From Octopus sinensis (lineage: Eukaryota), in contig NC_042999.1 in the NCBI RefSeq assembly GCF_006345805.1, positions 24,924,001 through 24,988,000 of the forward strand: 64,000 bases of DNA. Reading direction: 5' to 3'. Below the pieces are notes generated by a model. The model was not told the origin of the DNA, did no database searches, and was given only the letters and a program-made list of their open reading frames with translations. Every line of letters begins with the position of its first letter. The stretch's first letter is position 1. Positions 25,501 to 40,500 of the stretch are shown in pieces. The translations under genes and the position numbers were made by a program.

Positions 25501-28500
25501 ATCCAAACGTGGCTGATGCCAGCGCTGCCTTGACTGGCTTCTGTGCTGCTGGCACGTAAAAAGCACCAACCGATCGTGGCGCTGCCAGCCTCCCATGGCA
25601 CCTGTGCCGGTGGCATGTAAATAGCACCCACTACACTCATGGAGTGGTTGGCGTTAGGAAGGGCATGCAGCTGTAGAAACACTGCCTGATCAGACTGGAG
25701 CCTGGTGCAGCCCCCTGGCTTCCCAGACCCTGGTCGAACTGTCCAACCCATGCTAGCACGGGAAATGGATGTTAAATGATGATGATGATATCTTAATGAC
25801 TTCAAAATTTTTCTGAAAAAAGAATAGAAATGAGACGATCATGATAACCTTTTTTTCTTTTTGAAATTATCCTTTTTTTTTTTTTTTTTAATTACAGCAA
25901 AACTTGGAACAAGTAGGGAGTACGAAAAAGATTTGTGGTGACAAAAATGTAATACCTCCAACAGCTGAAGAAATGAAAGAATATAAAGAAATTGAAAATC
26001 TTCAACATTCTTCTCTTTTCCGAATGCAGGCAAGTTATGTTTTATTTTAGATGAAACAAATCTTCTATAAGTTAATCTGTGGAGTGGAGACCAGTCTCCA
26101 TGATCGTTGGGGTAATTCCAGAGAGTTGCATTTCTGAGGTGTAAGGTCTTGGGTTAGTAGATTTGAGCAGTCTAGGAAATGTCACATATGACAATAGGAG
26201 GTAAGTCTGAGTGAAAAAGGTATATAGCTAACAGGTTCAGAAGCAGCGGCAGAGAGAAAGAAAGGGAGGAAAACAGTGTAGAATTAGTGCTTGAAGTATG
26301 TTGGTGCCAGTCAGTTAAATTTAGTGATATCTCCTAGGTAACATTGACTACTTCTAGTGAGCCATCTGGGTATTTAAGAGAATTATTTCCGGTGTGCTCA
26401 TAGTATATATTATTCCAATGCATATTCCACATATGACGTTTGTCTAGGAATTAATTTAGTATGCTGTGTTGGATGTACAACATCAATGTGCATGTACGAC
26501 AAAGTGCAAATGTGCTGAGAGAAAAGCTGGGCATAAGAGGAATCAGATGCAGCATACAAGAAAGAAAACTATGTTGGTTTGAACATGTGATGTGTATGAA
26601 CGAAGATAGCTGTATGAAGAAGTGCCAATCACTGAAAGTAGATGGTACTTGTGGAAAAGGGTGACGTGGGAAGACATGGGATGAAGTGGTTAGACCAAAC
26701 TCAGGAGGAGATGACAATGGACTGAGATGTCTGGGTCTAGTGATATGTTCTTGAGAAGACCTGCCCGCTTCAGCAAAACTGAGTTGTGGGAGCACTGTGT
26801 GTTCCACCCACATATAGCAATAAAATTTTCCACACACCCTACTCCAACAAACCAAACTATATCTCTTTCTCACTGCCCTGCTCACTGTATCATTGCTAAC
26901 CTGTTGTCCTCTACCTTCTCTATATACCAAGTGTCACCAGTTACTGCATTCCTCACCCCACCCTCCACTCTTTGCATTTATGTGAAGTCTCTACTCCCTA
27001 CTCATGAACCCTTGACAATACTCTACCATACTTAGGGGTATGTTCTGGCACTTTGTGACCATCTATCTCCCACCCTCTTTTGCACTCTTCCACTTTTTCT
27101 CTTGCTCCTCTCAGCCTTACTGGGTAATCATGTATCTCCTCTACAACAACACACCTGTTTCTTGTTTTCATTCTTGATCTCTCTTTCTCCCTCTGACTGG
27201 GTAACCATGTATCTGTGGAGGCACATGGCCTAGTGGTTAGAGCAGCGGACTTGTGGTCGAGGGATCGCGGGTTCGAATCTCAGACCGGGCGGTGTGTGTG
27301 TTTATGAGTGAAACGCCTAAGCTCCACGTGGCTCCGGCAGAAGGTAATGGCGAAACTTCTGCTGACTCTTTTGCCACAACTGTCTCTCACTCTTCCCTCT
27401 TGCATCTTGCAGCTCACCTCCGACGGACTGGCATCCCATCCAGGTGGGGAACCTATACGCCAAGGAAACTGGGAAACCGGCCCTTATGAGCCAGGCATGG
27501 CTCGAGAAGGAACAAACAACCATGTATCTCCTCTACAAGTCACCTGTTTCTATCCCTCTGGTACAAGACCAGTTCCTCCAATGAGCCCCCTTCTCAAAAG
27601 ATCTTTGTCTTGTAAGTTACTGGGTGACCGTGCCAGTATTAGTGCCACATAAAAAGCACCTTGTCTGCCCTGTAAAGTACTTGACATTTGGAAGGGCATC
27701 CAGCTGTAAAAACCATGTCAAAACTGACTTTGCTGGTGCTGATGCAATGTAAAAAGCATTCAATCCACTCTGTTGGGTGGTTGGTGTTAGGAAGGCCATT
27801 CAACCGTAAAAACCATGCCTAAACAGACAGTGAAAGCCTGGTGCAGTTTTCTGCATAACCAGCTCTTGTCAAACTGTTCAACTCATGCCAGGTTGGAAAA
27901 TAGATGTTAAATGATGATAAGGTCGACTTTGCCTTTCATCCTTTTGGGGTCGATAAATTAAGTACCAGTTACACACTGGAGTCAATGTAATCGACTTAAT
28001 ACCTATGTCTGTCCTTGTTTGTCCCCTCTATGTTTAGCCCCTTGTGGGTAATAAAGAAATAGATAATGGTATTTGTGATTTCACTACATCTTGTGTCCAT
28101 AGCTTACATTGGGTACTGCATATGAAGTTTATACATAGTACTTTTCTGCATGTTGAGCTAGGTCATTTTCCTGATGATCTTGATATTTTGTTTTTTCTCC
28201 TACTTAATAACAACTTAGTCATTGCTAAGTTTACTTCAGGGCCTCTTGATTCTAGGTTTTGCTTCTCTGGAATTGCTGTTTTGATTCCACTATAGACTCA
28301 GCTTTAAGAACTAGATCTTCAGTTTCTATGGACTGCCAAACTTAAGCTTAGTGATGGCCTGTAGGACAATGATGAATAGGAGGGGGTTGAGGAGTGAACT
28401 TCGATGGACCCCTACTTTCAGTCTAAAAGGACCACCTTCATATATCCCTGCTTTCTTTTTATATTCTTGCTCCTTCCATCTTCCCACTTCTGGTTCTGAT

Positions 28501-31500
28501 GTTATTCTTCTTTCCCCTGTTCCCCTCCTCGGTCCTTTCAGCAAATACACATACCGTCCCTTTGTTATTGTACCCATTCCATTGTCACTTCAGTCTACAG
28601 GCTTTTGGTTACTGACCACTCCCGACATCAGTGCTTTTCAAACTTTTTGCTGGAGCGGAACCCCAAGGAAACATTCCACTGGCTCGAGGAACCCCTGTGC
28701 AATAATTTAATAGTCTTATGCACACACATCTGCACAGGAGAATTAAAAATTACTGCCGATTTTAGCAGTTTTGTGACTTCTTGCGGAACCCCTGGACTGT
28801 ACTGGCAGAACCCTAAGGTTCCGCGGAACCCTGGTTGAAAACCACTGCCCTACATTTACATTGTGTACAAGGTACCCCACCTGCTGTTCACATTGTAAAA
28901 TCGTTGGCTAATGAGCAAAGACATGTAGGGTCATGAGGTCCCTCTAACCCTGCCAGCATCGCAAATGGGCAATAAAAGATGATGATTATGATGATGAGAT
29001 GGTTGGTGCCATGGTAAAATGCACCCAGTACCTTCTGTGAAGTAGCTGGTAACGGGAGGGGCACCAAGCCAAATGACACACATGAGCACCATTCTGTTAG
29101 AACAGTGAAGCCTCTTAAGCAGTAACTTTGGCTGTGATGACCCATCCCACCCATGTCCGCATAGAAAGTGGACATAAAATCATCATCATCATCATTTAGC
29201 GTCTGCTTTCCATGCTAGCATGGGTTGGACGGTTCAACTGGGGTCTGGGAAGCCAGAAGGCTGCATCGGGCCCAGTCTGATCTGGCAGTGTTTCTACGGC
29301 TGGATGCCCTTCTTAACGCCAACCACTCCGTGAGTGTAGTGGGTGCTTTTTACATGCCACCCGCACAGGTGCCAGACGGGGCTGGCAAACGGCCATGGAC
29401 GGATGGTGCTTTTTACGTGCCACCGGCACGGGGGCAAATGATAATGATGATGAAAACAGGTGAAAATATGCAGATCCAGGGCAGGGTCATTCCTATAATT
29501 TAGATGGAGAATAATTATTTTTTGACGTTTTCAATACAATCAAAACAATACAGTTTCATTTATGAAAAGCCACTTCAAGCTATCATTTTCCAAACTAGGT
29601 CCTAACTTTAAAACTTAAGGTCCATGTGTATGTGTGAAAGATTCGTTCCAATGAAAAGAAAGCATATTTGTTAATCAACTTTTGTTTAAAAAATGGAAAT
29701 GAGTATTTTAAATTGAGAGCAGTCATTGATACCGAGTGATGTTGGTTTCTTTTTAAAGATTAAAGAGCTTTTGTCGGAGGTGAAGGTCAGTTTTGCGAAG
29801 AGAATGAAAATAGAGAAAAGTGTACAGAAACTTGTTGATGTCTTACAGAACTTACCTAAAGGTGAAAGCTACCAGGTAAGTCATTCTTTTACCTGAGTGT
29901 TTATAAGCCATTAAAGAAACACACAAAACCGTTAGATTCACTTCAACATTTAAATTTAATTTCGCAAAATATTTTCGTCACTTTGAGACTGCGACCTGTC
30001 CACTGACAAAGCTTCGTAGTGAACAGGTCGTGGTCTCAAAGCACCGAAAATATTTTGACAAATTAAATTTAAATGTTGAAGTGAATCTAACGGTTTTGTG
30101 TGTTTCTTAAATGGCTTATAAGCACCTTCTATGCTGAAATTGTTTTCGTTCCAGCTCACGATCTCAGATCAAGTCACTTGCTATGCAAGTACATCTCTAA
30201 TGAGTGTTTATTGTTTGACTTGCAGGATTTCAAAGTTAGTCACATTTCTGATATCAAAGATATTGTAATCATGATGCTGGTTTTAAGAAACACTTCATAA
30301 AATATTCTGTAAGAGAGAAACTAAAAGTCATTGTATGAATTTATTCTGTTCTATAGTAATGCATAAATAACATTTGGTTTCAGGGTTAGGGTTGTTGTCG
30401 ACACTATTTATTGTCACAAATGATATAAGGAAGGATATTCCTTTTTATATTTACAAGATGCAGGTTTGCCTGTGTAGTAAGATATCCATTTCTCAACTAT
30501 GTGTTGAGTGGCTGTGTGGTAAGTAGATTGCTTACCAACCACATGGTTCCAGGTTCAGTCCCACTGCGTGGCATCTTGAGCAAGTGTCTTCTGCTATAGC
30601 CCCGGGATGACCAATGCCTTGTGAGTGGATTTGGTAGACGGAAACTGATAGAAGCCTGTCGTATATATCTATATATATATATATGTATGTGTGTCTGTGT
30701 TTGTCCCCCTAGCATTGCTTGACAACCGATGCTGGTGTGTTTACCTCCCCGTCACTTAGCGGTTCGGCAAAAGAGACCGATAGAATAAGTACTGGGCTTA
30801 CAAAGAATAAGTCCCGGGGTCGATTTGCTCGACTAAAGGCGGTGCTCCAGCATGGCCGCAGTCAAATGACTGAAACAAGTAAAAGAGAGAGAGAGTATGT
30901 GATTTCAGGTTCAGTTCCTGTGTTGACCAATCCCTTATGAATAACTTTGGTAGGTAGTGTTGGTACAAAGCCTATTGTATGCATGTGTGTATGCCTGTGT
31001 GAATGATCTCACTAGTAAGAGTGAGGGTGTTTTGTTCAGTCTGGGAAAACTAGAACAAGGGATAGAATACATTAAGTGTAGTAAGTGTGGTCAGTTGTTC
31101 AGCATTTTATCCTCATAGCCATTGTGCTTTTGTATATTCTAAACAAATTATTTTTCCAAAATGAGAAAAATATTTTCTTTTTTTTTTCCAGCTAAATGAT
31201 CAAGAATGGGTTCAGAAATGTGGTCTTTCAGTTCCTTTGGTACAGAAACCCTCTACAGTTGAAGGGACATTCTGCTTTCACCCACCATCGTCAGTAAATA
31301 TTATTGGTAGTTTCCCATTAGACACCTGTCTTAAAATAGGGCTCCATGTTGACATTGCTGTGAAGATTCCAAAGGTAAGTATTAACATGAAATATTTTGT
31401 GGATTCAGTTTAAGATATATCAATATTTCATCTTAGAAATCAGCATGAACCCATTGGGTGTCGATCCACTGAATATTGTCGTAATTAAATATGATCTTTA

Positions 31501-34500
31501 AATTAATGCTGGTCATATCTAATTATATCTTATTCTCTTGTGGCCTTTTGCATTAATGTCACTGGTAATCATAGTTTCTTGTTAAGCATGCTCATGATGA
31601 ACGGTCCTATACCATATTCACAATATACAGTATTCATAGCAACAGTTTCATTGGTTGCTATACCATTAATCCTTGTGCTAATATGATTATTAAAGTTCAG
31701 AATCAAACTCACACACAAGCAATCACTGCATATTCAGAACACTTTTGTTGTGTGATGTGACCTGCCAAAGTTGATCTTGTACTTGATGTGTATAAAGTTT
31801 CAGATATATACATTTTGGACTCATCTTATAGATTACCTTCACAGACCCCCAGGAATCTGTGAATTCCAGACTGGGAGTCACTGGTTTAAGCTATTAAAGA
31901 ATAATAGGAAAAATAATCAATTAATTTCTTTTTTGTGTCAACAAGAAGCCACTTCTGTGTTTTCTCTTTTTTATTTAACTCTGATTTAGAATTCGTTTAT
32001 CACATACAAGATACAAGGATTAAAGAAAATAAATTATTTGCTATAAATTTCAATCAAAATAGATTTGTAGATCCTAAGTCTGAATCTGACTGGATTTAAT
32101 TCCCAGTTGTATTGTTTTTTTATGAACTGATCTTCTATTATTGAACGCCATCTTGCAGAAAGTAAGTCTATGGACTAATATACTTTAACCCTTTCATTAC
32201 CAACTCGGCCAAAACCGGCTCTGGCTCTGCAGTACAAATGTCTTGTTTTCATAAGTTTTAAATTAAAATCTTCCACCAAAACTTTAGTCACAATTTATGT
32301 TCCTAACTCTAGCTGAATGATAACTAAGTTATTTTACTAAATTCTTTGCTATATTTAAAAATGATTGAAAGAAACACAGAACATCTCAAAATAAATACAG
32401 TAACGAAAGGGTTAATGTATAAGATAAATCGCTCAATATATTACAAAAGACCTTATTTTTTTGTTTTTAAGAAATTCTTTGATACTAGAGACTTCCTGAA
32501 CCAGCGGTATGTCCGTAAGAGAGCTCTGTATTTGGTGGCTTTGGCTGCACACCTGAAAAATGAAGCATTTGTTGAAGAGTTGAGCTTCACTTACCATCAT
32601 GGTGATCCTTATAAACCAATACTCATAGCTGTTCTTCAAGGTAAGATGATCTGTGTTTGGTAATGTTTCTTACAAAAATTCATTTGTCTTTTCTATTTTA
32701 TTTTAATCTCTTTTTGTGAATTACAATTTAATGGGACCAAATCAACATGCAAGTTCTTGATAAGTGATGGATAAAAAATATATTTCTTGTTAGACATTTG
32801 GAAATTTTAGATCATTGTGAGATGTATTTTGTTCCTTTATTGGCAAATATGAATGGTTTTTTTTGAGACTTTGCTAAATATAAAAGTGATGTTACAATCA
32901 AACTCTGTCCTTGACCATTTTTTTTTCTGCAGATATTGAGCTACAGATATTTTAAACCCTAATTAATTATAATGATTGCTTGTAATTGGAACAAATTTGT
33001 TAGCTTATCGAACCATGTTTGTACCAGAACTGTGTTAAAACCATCCATCTCAATCATCGTCATCATCATCACCATCATCATCATATAACATCCGTTTTCC
33101 ATGCTAGCATGGGTTGGACGATTTTGACTGAGGGTCGGCAACCAGATGGCTGCACCAGGCTCCAGTCTTGATCTGGCAGAGTTTCTACAGCTAGATGCCC
33201 TTCCTTATGCCAACCACTCCGAGAGTGTAGTGGGTGCTTTTTATGTGCCACCTGCACGGGGGCCAGTCAGGCAGTACTGGCAATGACCTCGCTCGAATCT
33301 TTTTACACATGCCACCGGCACAGGTGGCACATGTTTAATTGCTGTTTGATACCTGCTAATTTCATTTTAATCCTGAGAGTTTCTTACACCGCTAATTTCC
33401 AATCTTCAGTGTTTTTGAGTTATGTTTGATAAATGTATTGTAATTTTATATCAATTATAGTTTATATCAGGATAATTATATTTTACATCAGCTTAATAAT
33501 TTTTATGTAATTTAAAATAATATTTATTGATTTAGGAAAATCAATAATGTATTATGAAGTAGCTGCCTAATGTATTTATTTATTTATTTAACCGTTTAGC
33601 ATTCAGATTTCTTTGTGAAATTTATTGCTTATTTAATTCATACTGTTTTGAATTAATCACATATTATTTTGCAACATCAAAATTTAAATGGTGTGGCTAT
33701 ATATTTTTAAAATGACATTGTAGGGTAAGTGTGAGAGGTTGGATCCAGACAGTTTTAACATAAAACAGGTGGAATATTTGGGCCGGATTAAGCGCTAAAG
33801 GGTTAATGAAAGAGTAATTAATCTCAATGTTATAAATTAATGCCTACTGATCCTGGTGTTAATTTCATGTTTTTTTCCCTCAAAACTGTACTAATTTATT
33901 CTTGCTTTTCTCTTATATTGATCATTGCCTTTAAGGCAATGAAATTGTTCTGTCCTTATTCTCTATATTGTTCTTTCATAAATAATTTACGGACCTTAAT
34001 TCTTCTAACTTCTGTTTCAGATGCCAAAGATAGTTGTGAGGTTCACATTCATCCAGTGACCACTTATTTTAAACATTCACGATTTTCTCACAACAAGAGC
34101 AATGTGCGACAGGCTTGGTTTTATTCAGGAACAGATGCCGAGGTCAAAGGTAAAAACTCTTTTTCTTTCTTTCTTTCTCTCTTTATTTACATTAAATTTT
34201 ACATCTTGTTTTGAAGGTAATCTTTAATTGTTGATTTGGTATATCATCATCATCATCATCGTTTAACGTCCGCTTTCCATGCTAGCATGGGTTGGATGGT
34301 TCAACTGGGGTCTGGGAAGCCAGAAGGCTACACCAGGCCCAGTTTGATCTGGCAGTGTTTCTACAGCTTGATGCCCTACCTAACGCCAACCACGCCATGA
34401 GTGTAGTGGGTGCTTTTTACATGCCAAACGAGGCTGGCAAATGGCCATGATCGGATGGTGCTTTTTACGTGCCACCTGCACGGAGGCCAATCGAGGCTGG

Positions 34501-37500
34501 CAACAGTCACGATTGGCCGTTGCCAGCCTCGTCTGCTTCTAAGGGTTGGACAATTTGACAGGATCCAATTGAGCTGGAAGTTGTTGAGAAACATCTGTTT
34601 TGGCATGGTTTCTATGGCTGGACGCCCTTCAGACAATGTGTACTGGATACAGTTTTTATGACACCAGCGTTAGTGACACTGTCAAGTAACTTGCAAGACA
34701 AAAGGGGAGGTACCTTGACAGTGGGGGTGGCTGAAACATTTGTCTTAATCTTACATCCCATTTAAAGTCCAAATAAACTGCCACTTCCAAGTCTTCCACT
34801 GATATCCTAAAATCAGTCCCAAAGAAATATAATAAACACATACAAATGGATCTAACTACAATATTAATAGCCTTACTGGCCACAAAATAGGGGAAGAAGG
34901 GCAGCAATTATCATGCTGAGACCAAGTCCATCTTCCCTGCCTGTAGTCATTACTGGAATCTCGTTGTGCAGAAATAGACTGGAGACCAGGAGTGCCATAT
35001 ATTCAGAGTAATACTGCATTCCATACTGAGGTATGATATCAATGGCAACTGTTGATATACTATGGGTGTTTCATTAATCAGGGATGATATGGGTCTACAC
35101 AACAACAACTATTTTTATGACATATCATCATCATCATTTAACGTCCGTTTTCCATGCTAGCATGGGTTGGACGGTTCGACCGGGGTCTGGTAAGCCATGG
35201 AGGCTGCACCAGGCTCTAGTCTGATTTGGCAGTGTTTCTACAGCTGGATCCCTTCCTAACGCCAACCACTTCGTGAGTGTAGTGGGTATTTTTTACGAGC
35301 CACCGGCACAGGGGCCAGAGCGGGCTGGCAAACGGCCATGATCGGTTGGTGCTTTTACGTGTCACCGACATGGATGCCAGTCAGGCGAAGCTAGTATCTG
35401 CCATGTTCGGACGGTGCTTTTTATGTGTCACCGGCACGGGTGTCTTGACTACAATTTCCATTTGAATTTTTATTTTGATGCTGGCGAACTTGACTCAACA
35501 GGTCTCCTCAAGGTTAGCACAGCAGGCCGTCCTGCGAGCCATGAACTCACTTCATTTGTCGGGTCTTCGAAGTCACAGCATATCTCCAGAGGTCTCGGTC
35601 TTTCGTCATAGCCTCTGTGAGGCTCAAAGTACGAAGGTCATGCTTGACCACCTTGTCCCATGTCTTCCTGGGTCTACCTCTACCTCGGATTCCTTCAACA
35701 GTTTAGGAGTGGCACTTCTTCACACATCTCTCCTCATCCATCCATATGTATTATATATTTCAGATGATGAGGAAAATCTATTGCTCCCTACACCCCACTA
35801 CAACATGTCCATTTTAAAAGATCTGCTGATCACAGAAAATCAAAATTTACTCAAAGAATCTCTGTGTGTTGACAGTGGTCAGCTAAAAGATGGAATTATT
35901 CTTTTAAAAGTTTGGCTCCAGCAAAGAAACTTGAATACAGTGAGTATATATATATATTTGTATTCTTTTGTTTTGTTTCTTATGATAAAACAGTTATTAA
36001 CCCTTTAGCATTCAAACCGGCCAATCTGGATCTGGCAGAGTTTCTACAGCTGGATGCCCTTCCTAGAATAATTATTAACTAACCCTATAAGAATTTCACA
36101 AAGTGTAATAAAATCATCTTGTCACGAAGAAAAGTTTTAACATTTCAGGCAGAAGCCTTTTCCTCTGAAAAAGCATAAGTTTGTTCTCAGAATTAGGGTA
36201 ATTGTCAGCAATAGAAGGGTTACATGACTGATGTTGTGGTACCTCACTCCATTATTTGTATTTATAACTATTATATTCCCTTGCAGGGTTATGGTGCTGT
36301 GTCTGGTTTTATAATTTCAATGTATGTAGCCTACCTTCTTAAGCTGAAGAGACTGAATAAATTAATGAGTAGCTATCAGGTGTTCCGGACAACCCTGTAC
36401 AACCTTGGTAAGTTTTTGCTTTGTTTATTCTATATTCTTGTTGTTGCTACCATTGAATATAAGTTATTGAATCATGAATTTATGTAAAAGCAGATTTATT
36501 GAAGATGGGACATTAATTAATTTTTAACATTTTAAGTTCTCTTAAGTTATTTCAACTGCTCAAGGTTTTGTCCCAAATCTCTCTTTACAAATATCTTACC
36601 AGTTCTAAAAAGAATATATTATGTTTAAGGGTTCTGGATAGAATAGCTATCAGCTGATTCTGCTATATGTGTGCTTGTAACCCTTTAGCATTCAGGTTAT
36701 TCTGCTAAAAGTAATGCTTATTTATTCACATTGTTTTGAATTAATCATGAATTATCTTATTGTTTAACCCTTTAGAGTTCAGATTATTCAATCAAACCTA
36801 ATGCTTATTGATTCACATTGATTTGAATTAATCATGCATTATCTCATATCTTCAAGATCTTGATGGTGTAATTACTTAATGTAGAATAACATTGTAGGGT
36901 AGGTGTGAGGGCCTGGATCTGGTCAGTTTGAACATAAAACAGATTAAATATTTTGGCCGGATATGGCCAGTTTAAATACTAAAGGGTTAAAAATTTCAAT
37001 GATGAGATACTTTATTTTTAGGTTGACATTGTAGTGTAGGTGTGAGAGGCTGGATCTGAATAGTTTAATCATAAAACGGAAAATATTTGGGCTGGATATG
37101 ACCAGTTTAAATGCTAAAGGGTTGTGTTGTATTGATTTACATGTTCAGTAATAATGGATGGATGGGTGGGGTAGCCTTAGCTATATTCAAATGTTTAACT
37201 TCTTTTTAAAATTGGTTTCTGCTGTTTCTTTCACTTCACTTACTAGCTTAGAGAAATCTTTTTATTTAGAAAAGCTGGAAATTTTGTTGAATTTGGATTG
37301 ATTAGATTTAGTAGTGATGTATAATTTTTTTTTTTTTTTGTTTCTCCTCCAGCAAACACTGACTGGGTTAAAGATGGTATCAGCTTCTACAATCAAGAAT
37401 CACAAGAAAATGCACCAACTTTAGACAGTTTTATAGAAGCTTTTGATGTAACTTTTGTAGACTCCACTGGATTTCTTAATTTTACAGCTGCTTTATCATC

Positions 37501-40500
37501 TTACACATATTTGGAAGTAAGGCTTTGCTTTTTACATTTTACTTAGTCTCTGTAATGCATCATGTGTTTCTGTCGGAGGGCAGTAACTCCAAATGAGAGT
37601 TGATTTGAACAGTGATAATTTGTACAATCCTTGCTAGTATAGAAAGTGAAAGTAGATGTGAGAGGCAGAAATCTGATTATTATACAATGCTCTATGGTTT
37701 TGAGTTTGATACCTCACAGTATTTAGAACCTGTTCAAATCTTGCTGTTTCATTGTGTTGAGTCCTAGTTAAACTTTTCCTGAATATATTTCTCACAAAGC
37801 ACATAGCCCATAAGTTTCAATTAATTTTGGAAGTAATGAAGAAAGATAGTAGAAGCTTTTAATAAAATTATTCAACCCATGCCATACCCTTGTGCCATTC
37901 ATTACATTCACCTTTACCTCTACCTGTCACTCTCCTCTCACATGCTAATAAACTTATCCATCCACTCTTCCTGATTCTTAGTATTCTTTCATACTCACTT
38001 GTATTTTGAGAGCCTGCTCTGACACCTTGTCACCACTGTCATTGTCATCATGCCAGTTATTCCCTCTCACCATTATAAATGCAAACACCTGGGCCTGTCC
38101 TTGTATTGTACTTTAGCCTCTCAACACCTGGCATAAAGCCACCTCCAATTCTATTACAATCTCCTTTCATCAAGGAATCTTTTTATTTGTGTTGCAAGTT
38201 ACTTGATAACTTTATTGGCCAGTGTCATGAAAATATGCACTCAGTATATTCTATAAAGTGGTTGGTGCTAGGAAGGGCACCCAACTGTGGAAACCATACC
38301 GAAACAAATGTTGGAACTTGAAGTAGATTCATATCTTGTTGATCCTGTCCAATTATCTAACCCATGCCAGCATGGCAGATAGATGTTGAATGATGATCAT
38401 GATATATATATATAATTATTATTATTTGAGGGAATAAAATCCAAACTTACATGGAAAAATATTCAATTTAGAAATACTAAATCAAATTTCACACAATATA
38501 ATATATATATAAAAAATTAGAAAAAAAACACCTTTTATCAATTCAAAATGAACAATTAAATTACACCATCTAGAAAATTACATATAATAGAAAAATTGAA
38601 ATTAAAATAACAATAAAATGTCAAAGATTAAGTAAATTGCAAAAAATAATAATAAAAACGTATATAATAGGGGGGAAAACGACATGTTTTGTGGCTATAT
38701 TTAAGAAATGATTATAGTAGTAGAGAAATCACTTCGATATAAATATAGTCGCTGCCATCCTTAAGATTACAGCTGTTTCACAGCCTTTTTCATGTAGTAA
38801 TAAATTATTCAGTATGGAATAAATTATGTTTACATGTTTGTATTAAATATGCATGCTATACATTATAAAATAATTAACTTGGTCCTTGTTAAACTGGTCT
38901 TTGTAAATTCATTTATCATAAAATTATGCAAGGAAGCCGAATACAGCCTGAAAATATATAGGATCTGAGTGTGTGTGTGTGGTTTGTATTTGTATTGGCT
39001 GAATTGACTATTCTTAACTTGTCTTTGACTTTCAATTTTTGTCCCTTCAGTTGCAGCATGAAGCTTCTATTACTCTTGAAATATTGGATTCTCAAAATAG
39101 AGATTGTTTCCATACTATTTTCATTCAAAAAATTCCATTTTGCATGCGGTATGACCAGATATTTCAGTAAGTTACCTTTTTTTTTTGTTGTTTGTTATAT
39201 TTAATTTTATCTTACTATATTCATTATCTACACTGTAATTTGATTGGTAATATTTTAAAACCATTTTGTGCAATTCGTAATTTTTAAATAATAACTTAAA
39301 ATCTGTTGAAGAATTAAAGACTGCAGGTTTTAATTTTAGTAACTACAAAAAAGGGAAATCTGGGACTGATCCTCTGACCTCTAGCTTCCTTGGTGCATTA
39401 TCGAAGCAAAACCAATGAACATAGTGTCTCCCTCTCTGTCATTTGTCAACATATTCTCAGAGCAAATATTTCTAATTTGGTCTGTAATGAAGATCTTATT
39501 GATCAGACCATCAGATGTCCTCATACACAGCTGGTCACAATGCATTTCCATTCTTCCCTTCATTGCATTGTTTTCTTTTATTTGGACCAGAATCGTTTCA
39601 CTGTCATTCTCTCATCCTTTTGAAGGTTTTCTGAAAGGTCTCTGCTCATCTCTTGGATACCTCTTGACAGCTGCTCGGGTCGACCTCTTACTTCAGCAAA
39701 ACTTGTGTTTTCAGCATTTTGGAATCATATCATTCACCCCATTCTTGAATTACCTGGTTTTGTATATACTCCTTTGATGCTATTCCTAGCTTGGATTCTT
39801 CCACAGCCCTCTTGTGTCATAACCAATCACTGTTCATTTCTTTGTAGTCGCCCATGTCTCACTTGCTTTTAAACATGCAGGCAAGTTGCTGCTATTGAAA
39901 AGTTTGACTTGCAGGAGCTTGACCAAGTTGTCTTTTGAACGTATCTTTAACCCTTTCGTTTCCAACCCGGCTGAAACTGGCTCTGGTTCTGTAGTACAAA
40001 TGCCTTGTTTTCATAAGTCTTGAATTAAAATCTTCCACCGAACCTTAGTCACAATTTATGATCCTAACACCAGCTTAATGATAACTAAGTTATTTTACTA
40101 AATTCTTTGTTATATTTAAAGTAATTGAAAGAAACACAGAACATCTCAAAATAAATACAGTAACGAAAGGGTTAATCAGATTAAGCACCTTCCACCCTCT
40201 ACCTTCTCCAATCCATGCATCATTAATCATCCCCCACTTCTTATCTACCATTCCCTACATCCACTCTTCAACATTATCTTATCCTTGCAGTTGTTTCTTA
40301 TATCTCCCTCTCCTCTTCCATTCTCCCATCTCTTGCTCCTCCACATATTCTTGCAGCCACACTCCTCCCACTTCTGCTCACCTTGTACCTTATGGATCCA
40401 CCCGGAGACATCACCATTATTTGTGCAGCTCCTACTGATCATTCTAACCCTCCTCTTTGAAGTGTAACCATGTAACTCTCTTCTACTTCAAGATACCTGC

